A DNA stretch of 64,000 nt from Minisyncoccota bacterium (GTDB lineage: Bacteria > Patescibacteriota > Minisyncoccia > Phycocordibacterales > JAACPR01): NCBI GenBank assembly GCA_041674225.1, contig JBAYWG010000001.1, positions 102,501 to 166,500 on the forward strand, given 5' to 3'. The notes below the pieces were generated by a model. It saw nothing but the letters and a program-made list of their open reading frames with translations. It made no database searches and was not told where the DNA came from. This document shows, piece by piece, positions 18,827-27,481 of this stretch; positions within the stretch are counted from its first letter, which is position 1; every line of letters begins with the position of its first letter. Made by a program: the position numbers and the translations under genes.

Positions 18827-18860
18827 AAGACCTCCGAGTAAAATCGTGAGGTCTTTTTTA
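18827..18860 (+). terminator. Rho-independent terminator AAGACCTC-(13 nt)-GAGGTCTT + TTTTTT
   Basis: Stem plus a plus-strand T-run. Confidence 0.55.
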
Positions 18861-18864
18861 TTTG

Positions 18865-18936
18865 TGCCCTCGCCAGGAATCGAACCCAGAATTATCCCTT
18901 AGGACGGGACAGTTATATCCATTTAACTACGAGGGC
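18865..18936 (-). tRNA. tRNA-Arg (anticodon CCU by hand fold), 72 nt
   Basis: Acceptor GCCCTCG/CGAGGGC perfect. D arm GTTA/TAAC. Anticodon stem GTCCC/GGGAT with loop GT-CCT-AA. T arm CTGGG-TTCGATT-CCTGG (two G-U). The anticodon call is less certain than the tRNA call. Confidence 0.75.
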
Positions 18937-18960
18937 GTCTGTGTAATCTAACATTAATTT

Positions 18961-19098
18961 TTAAAACAAAAAATCATCGTTTGAATACGTTGCGGAGCCG
19001 TACCCAACGGCGAGCATCAGCGAAAAGAAAAACAGCGAACATAAATGTTCGCTGTTTTTCTTTATCGCGTGTATTCAAACGCTGATTTTTTGTTTTAA
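18961..19098. repeat. Structured intergenic repeat element, copy B (reverse orientation). Outer 29-bp imperfect IR TTAAAACAAAAAATCATCGTTTGAATACG / CGTGTATTCAAACGCTGATTTTTTGTTTTAA enclosing hairpin GCCGT-ACCCA-ACGGC and the bidirectional terminator CAGCGAACA-TAAA-TGTTCGCTG flanked by an A-run and a T-run.
   Basis: Its reverse complement aligns with the copy at 902-995: flanks CGCGATAAAGAAAAA … TTTTTCTTTTCGCTGATGCTCGCCGTTGGGTACGGCTCCG are identical or near-identical, while the central hairpin stems differ compensatorily. Confidence 0.5.
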
Positions 19099-19101
19099 AA
19101 A

Positions 19102-19341
19102 CTAGTCTTGAATCTCCAAAAGTTCTCGTAGTTTAGGTTGATCAAAACCTACAACGATCTCCCCTTCGACATCAATAACTGGAACTCCCATTTGCCCACT
19201 CTTCTCCACCATTTCACTTCTCTTTGCTTCATCAACTGAAACATCAAACTCTGTGTACTCTACTCCTTTTTCTTGAAAAAATTCCTTTGCCATTTTGCAG
19301 TATTGGCAAGTTGGAGTTGTATAAACTGAAACTGTTTTCAT
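19102..19341 (-). CDS. Glutaredoxin-like protein (NrdH/Grx family)
   Basis: CQYC active site in a thioredoxin-fold context (TPTCQYCKMAKEF…GVPVI). Confidence 0.75.
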   Translation of the reverse strand: MKTVSVYTTPTCQYCKMAKEFFQEKGVEYTEFDVSVDEAKRSEMVEKSGQMGVPVIDVEGEIVVGFDQPKLRELLEIQD

Positions 19342-19402
19342 AAATAAATCTTATTATCAATAATAATTGCCAAAATATTTTAACACACCGAAAAGTATTC
19401 AA

Positions 19403-19786
19403 CTATTGAAACCAACCTCCAATCGTGGTAAAAAAATTGCCAAAAAATCCTTTTTCTTCTACCACAATCTCCTCTGTAACCTTGTCTTCAACAATAACAA
19501 TCAATTTCTCACCTTCTCTTGCCACATCAAATTTAGATCTGATTTCTTTCTCTATACCAGTTTCTGTTTGTAGTTTTTCGATCTTAGCTTCGATTGTTTG
19601 TTTCTTTTCTTCAAGAACTGTCAGATCTGCTTGTGAATTTTCTAGTTCGCTTTTACTCAAAGAATATTTTTTATAAACTCCCCAAGAACCTTTTGCGACA
19701 AAAAATAAAATGATACACAGTAAAATCAAAACCGGCACCGAAAATATCATTTGACGAACTTTTCTTTTTCTACTAAATTCTCGCAT
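19403..19786 (-). CDS. FtsB/DivIC-like septum formation initiator
   Basis: N-terminal TM, coiled-coil (…LENSQADLTVLEEKKQTIEAKIEKLQ…), then the …FDVAREGEKLIVI motif. Confidence 0.6.
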   Translation of the reverse strand: MREFSRKRKVRQMIFSVPVLILLCIILFFVAKGSWGVYKKYSLSKSELENSQADLTVLEEKKQTIEAKIEKLQTETGIEKEIRSKFDVAREGEKLIVIVEDKVTEEIVVEEKGFFGNFFTTIGGWFQ

Positions 19787-19963
19787 TGTTTTAGTCTTGA
19801 TTTTGAATTATAATAGTGCATTATAACACCATTATGTCTATTTTATTTCATCAAAAAAGCAGAAAAATTATCAAAGTACTTTTCGGAATCTTGTCAGTGA
19901 TTATTATTATATCTATGGTTTTCGCTTACGCTCCGGGTTTCTTTCTATAAAACTGATCCAATA

Positions 19964-21760
19964 TTAATCATTCCGCATCATCTTCAAGAAAATATCTTGT
20001 CCAATATGAACTTTCGCCATACTTTGCATTTTCTTCTTTCCCTTCTTTTGCTTTTCTCGTAGTTTCATTTTTCGAGTGATATCTCCACCATACATGTGAG
20101 CTGTAACATTTTTCTTCAAGGCAGAAAGTGTTTTAGAAGAAACAATCTTCCCCATCGCTTTGGCTTGAATTTTTGTCACAAACATTTGTCTTGGCAAAAT
20201 TTTTGCTAGTCTCTCTACCATATGTTCAGATTCCTCTTGAATTCTCATCAAAGAAACAACTCTAGTAAAAGCAACAACAGGTTCTTCGGCTACAAGTAAT
20301 TCCAATTTTGTCACAGTAGCTGATTTGAATTCACCGATCTCATAAGAAAGTGAAGCATACCCAGAAGATGCACTTTTAATTTCATCAAAAAAGTTTCTCA
20401 TCAATTCTCGAAGAGGCATTTCGATATTCAAAGCATTTCTTTTTGTTCCCAAGTTTTCTGTCGAACCAATAATTGCTTCATGCTTAAATAAAATTTGCAT
20501 AATATCACCCACGTATTCCGGTGGTGTAATAATTCTCATTGTAATCCAAGGTTCCTCGACTTCAGCCACGTCACCGTGATCTGGAAAAAGTGCAGGAGAA
20601 TAAATTGTTTTCAACTCACCTCGCTTCGTCAAAACTCTATAAGTAATAGAAGGCAAAGTCACAACTAACTCCAATTTAAATTCACGACGAAGTCTTTCTG
20701 TAATAATTTCTAGATGAAGCATTCCCAAAAATCCACATCTAAATCCTCGTCCAAGTGTTCCAGAAGATTCTTCTTCAAAAGTATATGAAGCATCAGAAAG
20801 TTTTAATCTCAAAAGTGCTTGTCTCAAAAAATCAAAATCGTCTTGGCTTTCTGGGAAAATACTTGCCCACACAACTGGATTTGGTGCATCGTATCCAGGA
20901 ATTGCTTCCGCATTGCTTCCTGAACGCACAATAGTATCTCCAACAGACGCAATTCCAGGTTCTTTAATTCCTGTCACAATATAACCAATTTCTCCAGCTT
21001 GAAGACTTTCTGTCGCAACCTCATCTGGTTTAAAAAATCCAACTTCCAATCCACTGAAATCTTTTCCAGCAATTTTGAAATGCATCGGCATTGCTCTCTT
21101 GGCACAACCATCAAGCACACGAATAAAAACAACTACACCTTTATGATTTGAATATTGAAAATCAAAAATCAATGCGCGGAAATCTTTTTCATCAGAACTT
21201 TTTGAAACAGGTGCTGGCACTCTTTTAATAATTTCTGCTAAAAGTTCTGGTACACCAATACCAGTTTTTCCTGAAGTTAAAATTATTTCACTTTCATCAC
21301 ATTGCAACAAATCACAAACTTCACTCACCACTTCATCAATTCTGGCCAGAGGAGAATCTACTTTCGAAAGCACAGGAATAATTTTTGCACCTCTTTGTCT
21401 AGCGGTTTCTAGAGTTGTCAGAGTTTGCGCTTGCACACCTTGTGTAGCATCTACCAAAAGAATTGAACCCTCCACAGCTTCTAGAGCTCGAGAAACTTCA
21501 TAAGAAAAGTCGATATGCCCAGGAGTATCAATCAAATTTAAAATATAGTCTTGACCCTCAAAATTGTATTCCATCCTTACAGGACGCATTTTAATAGTGA
21601 TACCTCTTTCTCTTTCAAGCTCCATATTATCCAAAATACGGTCTTGCATTTTTCGTTTATCAATCGTTTTTGTTTCCTCAAGCATTCTATCGGCAAGCGT
21701 AGACTTCCCGTGATCAATGTGAGCGATTATTGAAAAATTTCTAATGTGTTTTAAATCCAT
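19964..21760 (-). CDS. lepA: Elongation factor 4 (LepA)
   Basis: G1 AHIDHGKST, DTPGH, NKID. LepA-specific C-terminal domain. Confidence 0.95.
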   Translation of the reverse strand: MDLKHIRNFSIIAHIDHGKSTLADRMLEETKTIDKRKMQDRILDNMELERERGITIKMRPVRMEYNFEGQDYILNLIDTPGHIDFSYEVSRALEAVEGSILLVDATQGVQAQTLTTLETARQRGAKIIPVLSKVDSPLARIDEVVSEVCDLLQCDESEIILTSGKTGIGVPELLAEIIKRVPAPVSKSSDEKDFRALIFDFQYSNHKGVVVFIRVLDGCAKRAMPMHFKIAGKDFSGLEVGFFKPDEVATESLQAGEIGYIVTGIKEPGIASVGDTIVRSGSNAEAIPGYDAPNPVVWASIFPESQDDFDFLRQALLRLKLSDASYTFEEESSGTLGRGFRCGFLGMLHLEIITERLRREFKLELVVTLPSITYRVLTKRGELKTIYSPALFPDHGDVAEVEEPWITMRIITPPEYVGDIMQILFKHEAIIGSTENLGTKRNALNIEMPLRELMRNFFDEIKSASSGYASLSYEIGEFKSATVTKLELLVAEEPVVAFTRVVSLMRIQEESEHMVERLAKILPRQMFVTKIQAKAMGKIVSSKTLSALKKNVTAHMYGGDITRKMKLREKQKKGKKKMQSMAKVHIGQDIFLKMMRND

Positions 21761-21783
21761 ACGTGCAAAGCATACTAGCAGAA

Positions 21784-23460
21784 TTAAAGCTCTTCTTCCA
21801 CCATTACAACTTTTGATTTCCAGAACCGAGAATGCAATGTTTTTCCAACAGTTTTTATTTCTTGATTACCCATCAAAATCAAAACCATCACACCAACAAA
21901 AATTCCTATGATTCCTGAATAAAATCCTTGAGAGAAAATTCCAATTGTTGTGTTTATATCAAATACATCATCGAAAACTTTTAGCATTTGGTATGTTGTG
22001 TATCCCATAATTATTGAACTTGCTGTAGTGTGAAAAATTGATTGCCACAAAATATCTGAGAAGCAACAAAACTTTTTATCAAAAGAAGCCCAAAGCAAAA
22101 CTAGATTTAAAATCTGACCGATAGAAAAAGCAATTGGCAAAATCAAAACCATACTGCTTTTCCCGCTTGATACACGCATAGCGCTTTCCAATAAAGCTAC
22201 GAAGTGAGGTGATTTTAAATATAAAAGGTAAAGTAGAAAAACTGAACTGATTGTGACCACGATTGAAATTATTGAAAAATAAAGTGGCTTTAAAGTTTCA
22301 CCTGTTGAATAATACCCTCTTACAAAAAGCAAAATTAAACTCTGTGCCACAGCGGATATAACAAACAAAGCTAGCGCAGCAGACACAAGCCTTGTGTCGT
22401 TCCAACTAAATTCTCCTGTTCCCAAAATTGTTCGCACGATTTGAGCTCGCAAAACAATAAATAAAACTGTAATTGGAATCGACCAAAAAATAATATGTCG
22501 TGCAGCCTTTACAACATATTCAATAAATATTTTTGTTTCTCCTTTTGCAAAAAGTTTTGCGAGAGTTGGGAATGCGGCCATAGAATAACTAGCTCCGATA
22601 ATAGAAAGTGGGACTGATTGCAAATTAAAAGCGAATGTAAAAATAGCGACAGAACCAGTTGTCATGATAGCGGCAAAAGCCAACATAACTAGAATCGAAA
22701 CTTGATTTCCTGCCAGCGCTATAGTTCTAGGCAAAGAAAGCATTAGAACTTCTCGAATGATTTTCCAATCTGGATTGTAGATAAATTTTGGGAATATTTT
22801 TTGCTTTAAAACAACAGGGATTGTAATTACAAGATGAGACAAAGCACCTAAAACCACTCCCCACGCAAGTCCTGCAATTCCCATTTTTTCATAGAAGAAA
22901 ACGATTCCAACAATGATTCCAAAGTTATAAAGAATAGGGCTTAAAGCATAAATAAAAAACTTCTGGAAAACTTGCACATAGCTCATATAGAAACCAGAGA
23001 AAGCTAGCAATACTGTTTGGAATAAAAGAATTCGTGTTAACAAAATTAAATTTGCTGCAAATTCTCCACTCATGTATTCAGGGAAAACCAGACTCAAAAG
23101 ATGTGGTGTAAAAATAAAACTAACGACTCCAAAAATAAATGATATTAAAGCGAGTGCTGTGAAAATACTATCTGAAAACTTTTTTAAATATTCTGAATCT
23201 TTTTCTAGAGCTCGAATAATAAATGGAATCAGAACAGAAGCAGAAACTAAAGAAATAATTAGAGTAAAAATAAAATCTGGAATTCGAAAAGCTGCGTAAT
23301 AAATATCTAGTTCAAGTCCTGCTCCAAATTTTCCAGCTAGAAGTCGATCTCGGATCAAACCTAAAAATTGTGAGAGCAAAGCAAAAGCAGCAATCAAATA
23401 TGCAGCTTGGTGAATATTGGAAATTTCTTTGGAAAATAAGGAGATAATTCTTTTGACCAT
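21784..23460 (-). CDS. murJ: Lipid II flippase MurJ (MviN)
   Basis: 14-TM protein with the LAGKFGAGLELDIYYAAFRIPD N-terminal signature. Confidence 0.9.
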   Translation of the reverse strand: MVKRIISLFSKEISNIHQAAYLIAAFALLSQFLGLIRDRLLAGKFGAGLELDIYYAAFRIPDFIFTLIISLVSASVLIPFIIRALEKDSEYLKKFSDSIFTALALISFIFGVVSFIFTPHLLSLVFPEYMSGEFAANLILLTRILLFQTVLLAFSGFYMSYVQVFQKFFIYALSPILYNFGIIVGIVFFYEKMGIAGLAWGVVLGALSHLVITIPVVLKQKIFPKFIYNPDWKIIREVLMLSLPRTIALAGNQVSILVMLAFAAIMTTGSVAIFTFAFNLQSVPLSIIGASYSMAAFPTLAKLFAKGETKIFIEYVVKAARHIIFWSIPITVLFIVLRAQIVRTILGTGEFSWNDTRLVSAALALFVISAVAQSLILLFVRGYYSTGETLKPLYFSIISIVVTISSVFLLYLLYLKSPHFVALLESAMRVSSGKSSMVLILPIAFSIGQILNLVLLWASFDKKFCCFSDILWQSIFHTTASSIIMGYTTYQMLKVFDDVFDINTTIGIFSQGFYSGIIGIFVGVMVLILMGNQEIKTVGKTLHSRFWKSKVVMVEEEL

Positions 23461-23496
23461 ATTTAAATTATTATAACAGGTTTATTGTGTACGAAA

Positions 23497-23520
23497 ATGG
23501 CGCGCCTTGCGGCGCGCCAT
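23497..23520 (-). terminator. Strong GC-clamp terminator ATGGCGCGCC-TTGC-GGCGCGCCAT + U-run (minus strand), ending rnpB upstream of the murJ start
   Basis: Perfect 10-bp GC stem in an AT-rich genome. UUUUCGU follows on the minus strand. Confidence 0.7.
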
Positions 23521-23529
23521 TCCCATTTT

Positions 23530-23846
23530 TTAGTCATATCCGTAAGCCGAATTCTGTTTTATGTGATCATTTATCTAGGCCGCGCCTTACGGCGCGACTC
23601 AAGCGACTCTCTGATATAAAATCAGCACGGTCTTGCATTCAAGTAAGGATTTTGCCGTTTCACTTTTGCATTTCTGCAAAACTCATCCCGAAGGATGCCA
23701 CTTTCTTTCGTCTGTGGCGTCTCTGCTCGCACCTCTTGGATCACTCCAGACGGGCGTTACCCGCTACCCTTTTTCACAGCTTTACTATGAGAATGTTCGG
23801 ACTTTCCACACTCTTGCGAGCGCGATCACTCAATATGACTTTCGGT
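23530..23846 (-). ncRNA. rnpB: RNase P RNA, bacterial type A, reduced size (~317 nt)
   Basis: The minus strand reads …AGUCAUAUUGAGUGAUCGCGCUCGCAAGAGUGUGGAAAGUCCGAACAUUCUCAUAG…GGGUAGCGGGUAACGCCCGUC… GGCCUAGAUAAAUGAUCACAUAAAACAGAAUUCGGCUUACGGAUAUGACU. This matches the universal P4 strands (GGAAAGUCCG / ACAGAA..CGGCUUA), the CAUAG and GGUAACGCC segments and the CCUAGAU.AAUGA…ACAGAA 3' region of E. coli M1 RNA. P1 pairs AGUCAUAU with AUAUGACU. Confidence 0.85.
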
Positions 23847-23895
23847 ACAATAACAGATTTTTGAGGGTTTGTAAATTTAAATAAAAAAGTGTGTT

Positions 23896-24339
23896 TTACC
23901 ACACTAAACTTTCATGAAAGTTTTTTAGCATCAACACTGGATTATTTTTTCTCCAGTAATCACTCAACCATCGCCATCGCCAGTATAATTTTTCTTCACC
24001 GTCGATAATGCTGTGGCACAAGCAACGTACACATTCCCTGCCAGTTTCATCAAAATAAATAGTACCCATAAAAAACAATGGGCACAATTCTTTTATCGAG
24101 TCAGGAATTTCTGACTGATTATCAATAAAGAAATCTAGCAAATTTGCGTTTATCGGAAAAAGATTCTGGATCTCTATTAGAAGGCTGTGACCTGTAATCT
24201 TAATGTCATTAGCCTGCGGTGCTGAAATATATGGAGTCAGCTTCAGAGATTCTAAAGAATCCCAAATACCAAAGTCCTTATGTTGAAGTACATCCCATCC
24301 CGGAGGAACAAAAGGGTTATCGCTCAATCTGATTTTCAT
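23896..24339 (-). CDS. Hypothetical protein (147 aa) with a C-x2-C…C-x-C cluster (ECVRCLCH)
   Basis: ORF only. Confidence 0.45.
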   Translation of the reverse strand: MKIRLSDNPFVPPGWDVLQHKDFGIWDSLESLKLTPYISAPQANDIKITGHSLLIEIQNLFPINANLLDFFIDNQSEIPDSIKELCPLFFMGTIYFDETGRECVRCLCHSIIDGEEKLYWRWRWLSDYWRKNNPVLMLKNFHESLVW

Positions 24340-24398
24340 TGTGTAAATTTAAAGGTTTCTATTTCAGACATTAAAACAAAAGCCACCTACTGTCAAAT

Positions 24399-24926
24399 TT
24401 AAAACAAAACAAACTTATCACCCATTTTTATATGATTTCTATCAACAAAACCTGCGTTGAATTCTAAAACAAATCTAGCGGGTGTAGGAGAACTAAAAAC
24501 TTTTGGAAATGTATCTGGAGATACATTTTTTTCAATATGAACAATCTCACTAAACTGATTCAACCAGATAATATCCAAAGAAAAATTCATTTCTTTCATC
24601 CACATTCCGTAACTCGCACTTTTTTCAAAAATAAAAAGCATTCCATGATTTTTTGGCATAGATACCACGCCAGACAACCCCTTTGCTCTCTCTTCATTTG
24701 ATTCAACAATATCTAAAGTCACCGATGTTTCTCCTATCACACCTCTCTCCACTTCCATCTCGGACATTTTTTCCGCAATCAGCTTTGCGGCAGGTACAGA
24801 AAATAGTCCGCAAATAAAAACTAAATAAACTAAAGCTGTTTGCAAACTTAATCCAGCGTAATGTTTTAAATTGTGTTTTCGATTTATTAATACAATATCT
24901 AGATCCATTTTATTTTTTGTTAGCAA
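24399..24926 (-). CDS. DUF192 family protein
   Basis: …PKNHGMLFIF…MW…MNFSLDIIW…GF… pattern typical of DUF192 (COG1430). N-terminal signal/TM. Confidence 0.55.
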   Translation of the reverse strand: MLTKNKMDLDIVLINRKHNLKHYAGLSLQTALVYLVFICGLFSVPAAKLIAEKMSEMEVERGVIGETSVTLDIVESNEERAKGLSGVVSMPKNHGMLFIFEKSASYGMWMKEMNFSLDIIWLNQFSEIVHIEKNVSPDTFPKVFSSPTPARFVLEFNAGFVDRNHIKMGDKFVLF

Positions 24927-25443
24927 AATTTAACAGAACAACTATTGCAACAAAAGATGTAAGAGCAATCACAGGAATGTTTATATAACCAAGAGCTGTA
25001 AAATAATTTTCAGTACAAGAAACATTACTAAATGGGGAGCAAGTTGTGTTCACATTTTTCAAAAAAGGAAGAAACAAAGCATTATGATAAATAGACACCA
25101 ATCCACCAACAATCGCCAAACACTTTGCATAAGGAATTACATTTTTATCTCCACCTTTATACAAAGCTAACCCCAAAATAAATACATTTGAATACATGAA
25201 AATTCTTTGATACCAACACAGAACGCATGGTGCGTATCCAACTATCTCAGAATAATAAAGACTTCCCAAAAGACCAGCAATAGAAAGCAAATAAGCAAAC
25301 ATCATTCCTCTGTCTCTCAAAATTTTAAATACAAAAAAATCTTTTTTTCCTGAAAACCAAACTACTAAAAGTACAATTGTTAAAATATGAATAAAAAAAG
25401 TTCCCAAAACCATTGACCAATTAACTAATTCTGTAAGTTGCAT
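24910..25443 (-). CDS. DsbB/BdbC-like membrane thiol-disulfide oxidoreductase
   Basis: APCVLCWYQRIFMY closely resembles B. subtilis BdbC CELCWYQRILMY. A second Cys pair sits in a later loop (NTTCSPFSNVSC). Confidence 0.65.
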   Translation of the reverse strand: MQLTELVNWSMVLGTFFIHILTIVLLVVWFSGKKDFFVFKILRDRGMMFAYLLSIAGLLGSLYYSEIVGYAPCVLCWYQRIFMYSNVFILGLALYKGGDKNVIPYAKCLAIVGGLVSIYHNALFLPFLKNVNTTCSPFSNVSCTENYFTALGYINIPVIALTSFVAIVVLLNFANKK

Positions 25444-25462
25444 ATATTTTATAGTATCAATA

Positions 25463-25993
25463 TTAAGGTGTTGTTAAAAGTCTTTGGAAAAGAGAAACTC
25501 TTAGAGCCTTTACCTCCCTACGTAAATTTATACTTCTTCCCAAAACAGTATGCCAGGCCCTCAAAACTAAATTTGTGTTTTTACTAGTTTCTTTAATTGT
25601 GATTTCTGTTCTTTTAGTTTGTTCGTTTTGAGACAAGAAATACTCCCATCTACCTGTAAATCCATTATCAGCTTGAATTCTTTCTATCACTACATAATAC
25701 GGAGCATCTCTCTCTGCAACTCTCAAAGTCCTTTGTGTTCCGTTTCTTAAATATTCTACCCAGAGAGCACCATCTCGATCTTCCTCAAGCACACTAACTC
25801 TTTCTACATCTGGCTTTCTTCCAGGAATTGTTTCTAGATTATTTAGATTTCTCCACACATCTACTTGAGTATCAGGAAATTCTTCTTTAATTTCTCCGGT
25901 GTATTCTTCCGGCGCCAAAACTCCAACAACAAAAAAAGCAATCACTAACAAAAAAATTACGAGGATTGTGCCAATGATTTTTCTTGTACGCAT
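25463..25993 (-). CDS. Hypothetical membrane-anchored protein (176 aa)
   Basis: ORF with an N-terminal TM. Confidence 0.45.
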   Translation of the reverse strand: MRTRKIIGTILVIFLLVIAFFVVGVLAPEEYTGEIKEEFPDTQVDVWRNLNNLETIPGRKPDVERVSVLEEDRDGALWVEYLRNGTQRTLRVAERDAPYYVVIERIQADNGFTGRWEYFLSQNEQTKRTEITIKETSKNTNLVLRAWHTVLGRSINLRREVKALRVSLFQRLLTTP

Positions 25994-26012
25994 TAAAATT
26001 ATTTTAACACGA

Positions 26013-26921
26013 CTATTTAATACTCAAACCTCGAAGCAGTGCAGCTCTTTCGCTTATCGGTGGATGTGTCAGGAAAATTTTATGGAAAAAAGAAATTTTC
26101 TTCACTTGTGTTTTTTCTCCATAAGGATCTGAAATGAAAAGATGGGCGGTAGCGTGATTTGCTTTTTTCATCTGCCCACTGTGCATCTCTATTTTTTCCA
26201 ACGCAGACGCCAAACCCTCTGGATATCTGGTAAGCAAAGCTCCTGTAGCGTCTGCAAGAAATTCTCTTTTTCGTGAAATAGCCAGTTGAATCAGTGTTGC
26301 AATGATCGGTGACAGAATTACTAAAATTATTCCAACGACTAGCAGTATTGTGTGAGCTCTACTATCTCTATTACCTCCACCGTGCATCGACGAACGTAAA
26401 AGAATGTCCGCAATTAAAGTGATGAATCCAACCAGCACAACAATAACAGTCTGCAACAAGATATCTCTGTTTCCAATGTGAGCCAACTCATGAGCCACTA
26501 CACCTTCAAGTTCAGAACGATTTAAAGCTGAAATAATTCCAGTTGTAAAAGCTACTGCGGCATGATCTTTGTTTCGTCCTGTTGCAAAAGCATTCGGAGC
26601 AGGATCATTTATCACATATACCTTTGGTTTCGGCAGTCCTGCTGTAATAGCTAAATTTTCTACCAGATTATGCAAATCTCTGTACTGATTTTCATCTGCT
26701 AATTTTGCACCGGTTATTTTAATTACGATTTTATCTGAAAACCAATAACTAAAAATGTTCATCAAAATACTAAAAGCTACAGCTCCGTACAAAACAATTG
26801 AGCTATCAAAATACCAACTCGCATACCAACCAAGTGCAATAACTACCAAGAAGAAAACTCCCATCAAAACCCAGGTCTTGAAAACATTATTTTCTTGATT
26901 TGTGTAGAGGTTTGCTGACAT
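26013..26921 (-). CDS. htpX: Zinc metalloprotease HtpX (M48)
   Basis: HELAHIGNRD (HExxH) between TM segments, plus a downstream E motif. Confidence 0.85.
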   Translation of the reverse strand: MSANLYTNQENNVFKTWVLMGVFFLVVIALGWYASWYFDSSIVLYGAVAFSILMNIFSYWFSDKIVIKITGAKLADENQYRDLHNLVENLAITAGLPKPKVYVINDPAPNAFATGRNKDHAAVAFTTGIISALNRSELEGVVAHELAHIGNRDILLQTVIVVLVGFITLIADILLRSSMHGGGNRDSRAHTILLVVGIILVILSPIIATLIQLAISRKREFLADATGALLTRYPEGLASALEKIEMHSGQMKKANHATAHLFISDPYGEKTQVKKISFFHKIFLTHPPISERAALLRGLSIK

Positions 26922-26950
26922 GCATTAAAAATACTATAGTAAAAACGAGT

Positions 26951-27466
26951 ATGCAAACAAATAATTTCATAGAAGCGACGGTTTGTTTTCTTCTACGAGA
27001 AAACAACGGAAATACAGAGGTTTTATTAGCTAAAAAGGCTAATAAAATCGGTGCTGGATGTTGGAATGGTTATGGTGGAAAGCCAGAACCTCAAGATTCA
27101 GACATAGATGACACATGTGTCAGAGAAATGTATGAGGAAAGTTTTGTTCAAATTGCGAAGAATGACATTGAGAAAGTGGCCGTCATCAAATTTATCAACA
27201 AAATAGATAATGCTGATGATTTTAGAATGAGGGTACATTTTTATATTTGTCGCAAGTGGCAAGGAGAGGCAGTCTCAACCAAAGAGATGCCTCATCCAAC
27301 ATGGTTTCCAATAAACAATCTTCCAACAGGAGAAATGCAAAACGCAGATCTTCATTTTGTTCCCCTAATACTTTCTGGTAAAAAAGTTATCGGTGAATTC
27401 CATTATGGAATATCACCTGACAGAAAACTTTTGTTTCAAAAAGTAGAGGAGGTTCACGAACTGTAA
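26951..27466 (+). CDS. NUDIX hydrolase (MutT-like). Probable start MQTNNF…; the track ORF 26900 overlaps the htpX start.
   Basis: Nudix box GGKPEPQDSDIDDTCVREMYEESF. Confidence 0.7.
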   Translation: MQTNNFIEATVCFLLRENNGNTEVLLAKKANKIGAGCWNGYGGKPEPQDSDIDDTCVREMYEESFVQIAKNDIEKVAVIKFINKIDNADDFRMRVHFYICRKWQGEAVSTKEMPHPTWFPINNLPTGEMQNADLHFVPLILSGKKVIGEFHYGISPDRKLLFQKVEEVHEL

Positions 27467-27481
27467 AAGGTTCGTTTTTAT

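Noticed and set aside
23487-23884. Plus-strand ORFs 23487..23864 (125 aa) and 23633..23884 (83 aa) in the GC-rich gap
   Set aside because: They overlap the minus-strand RNase P RNA gene. Their protein sequences are low-complexity and Arg/Ser/Leu-rich, typical of translating a structured GC-rich RNA gene. The RNA assignment explains the region fully.
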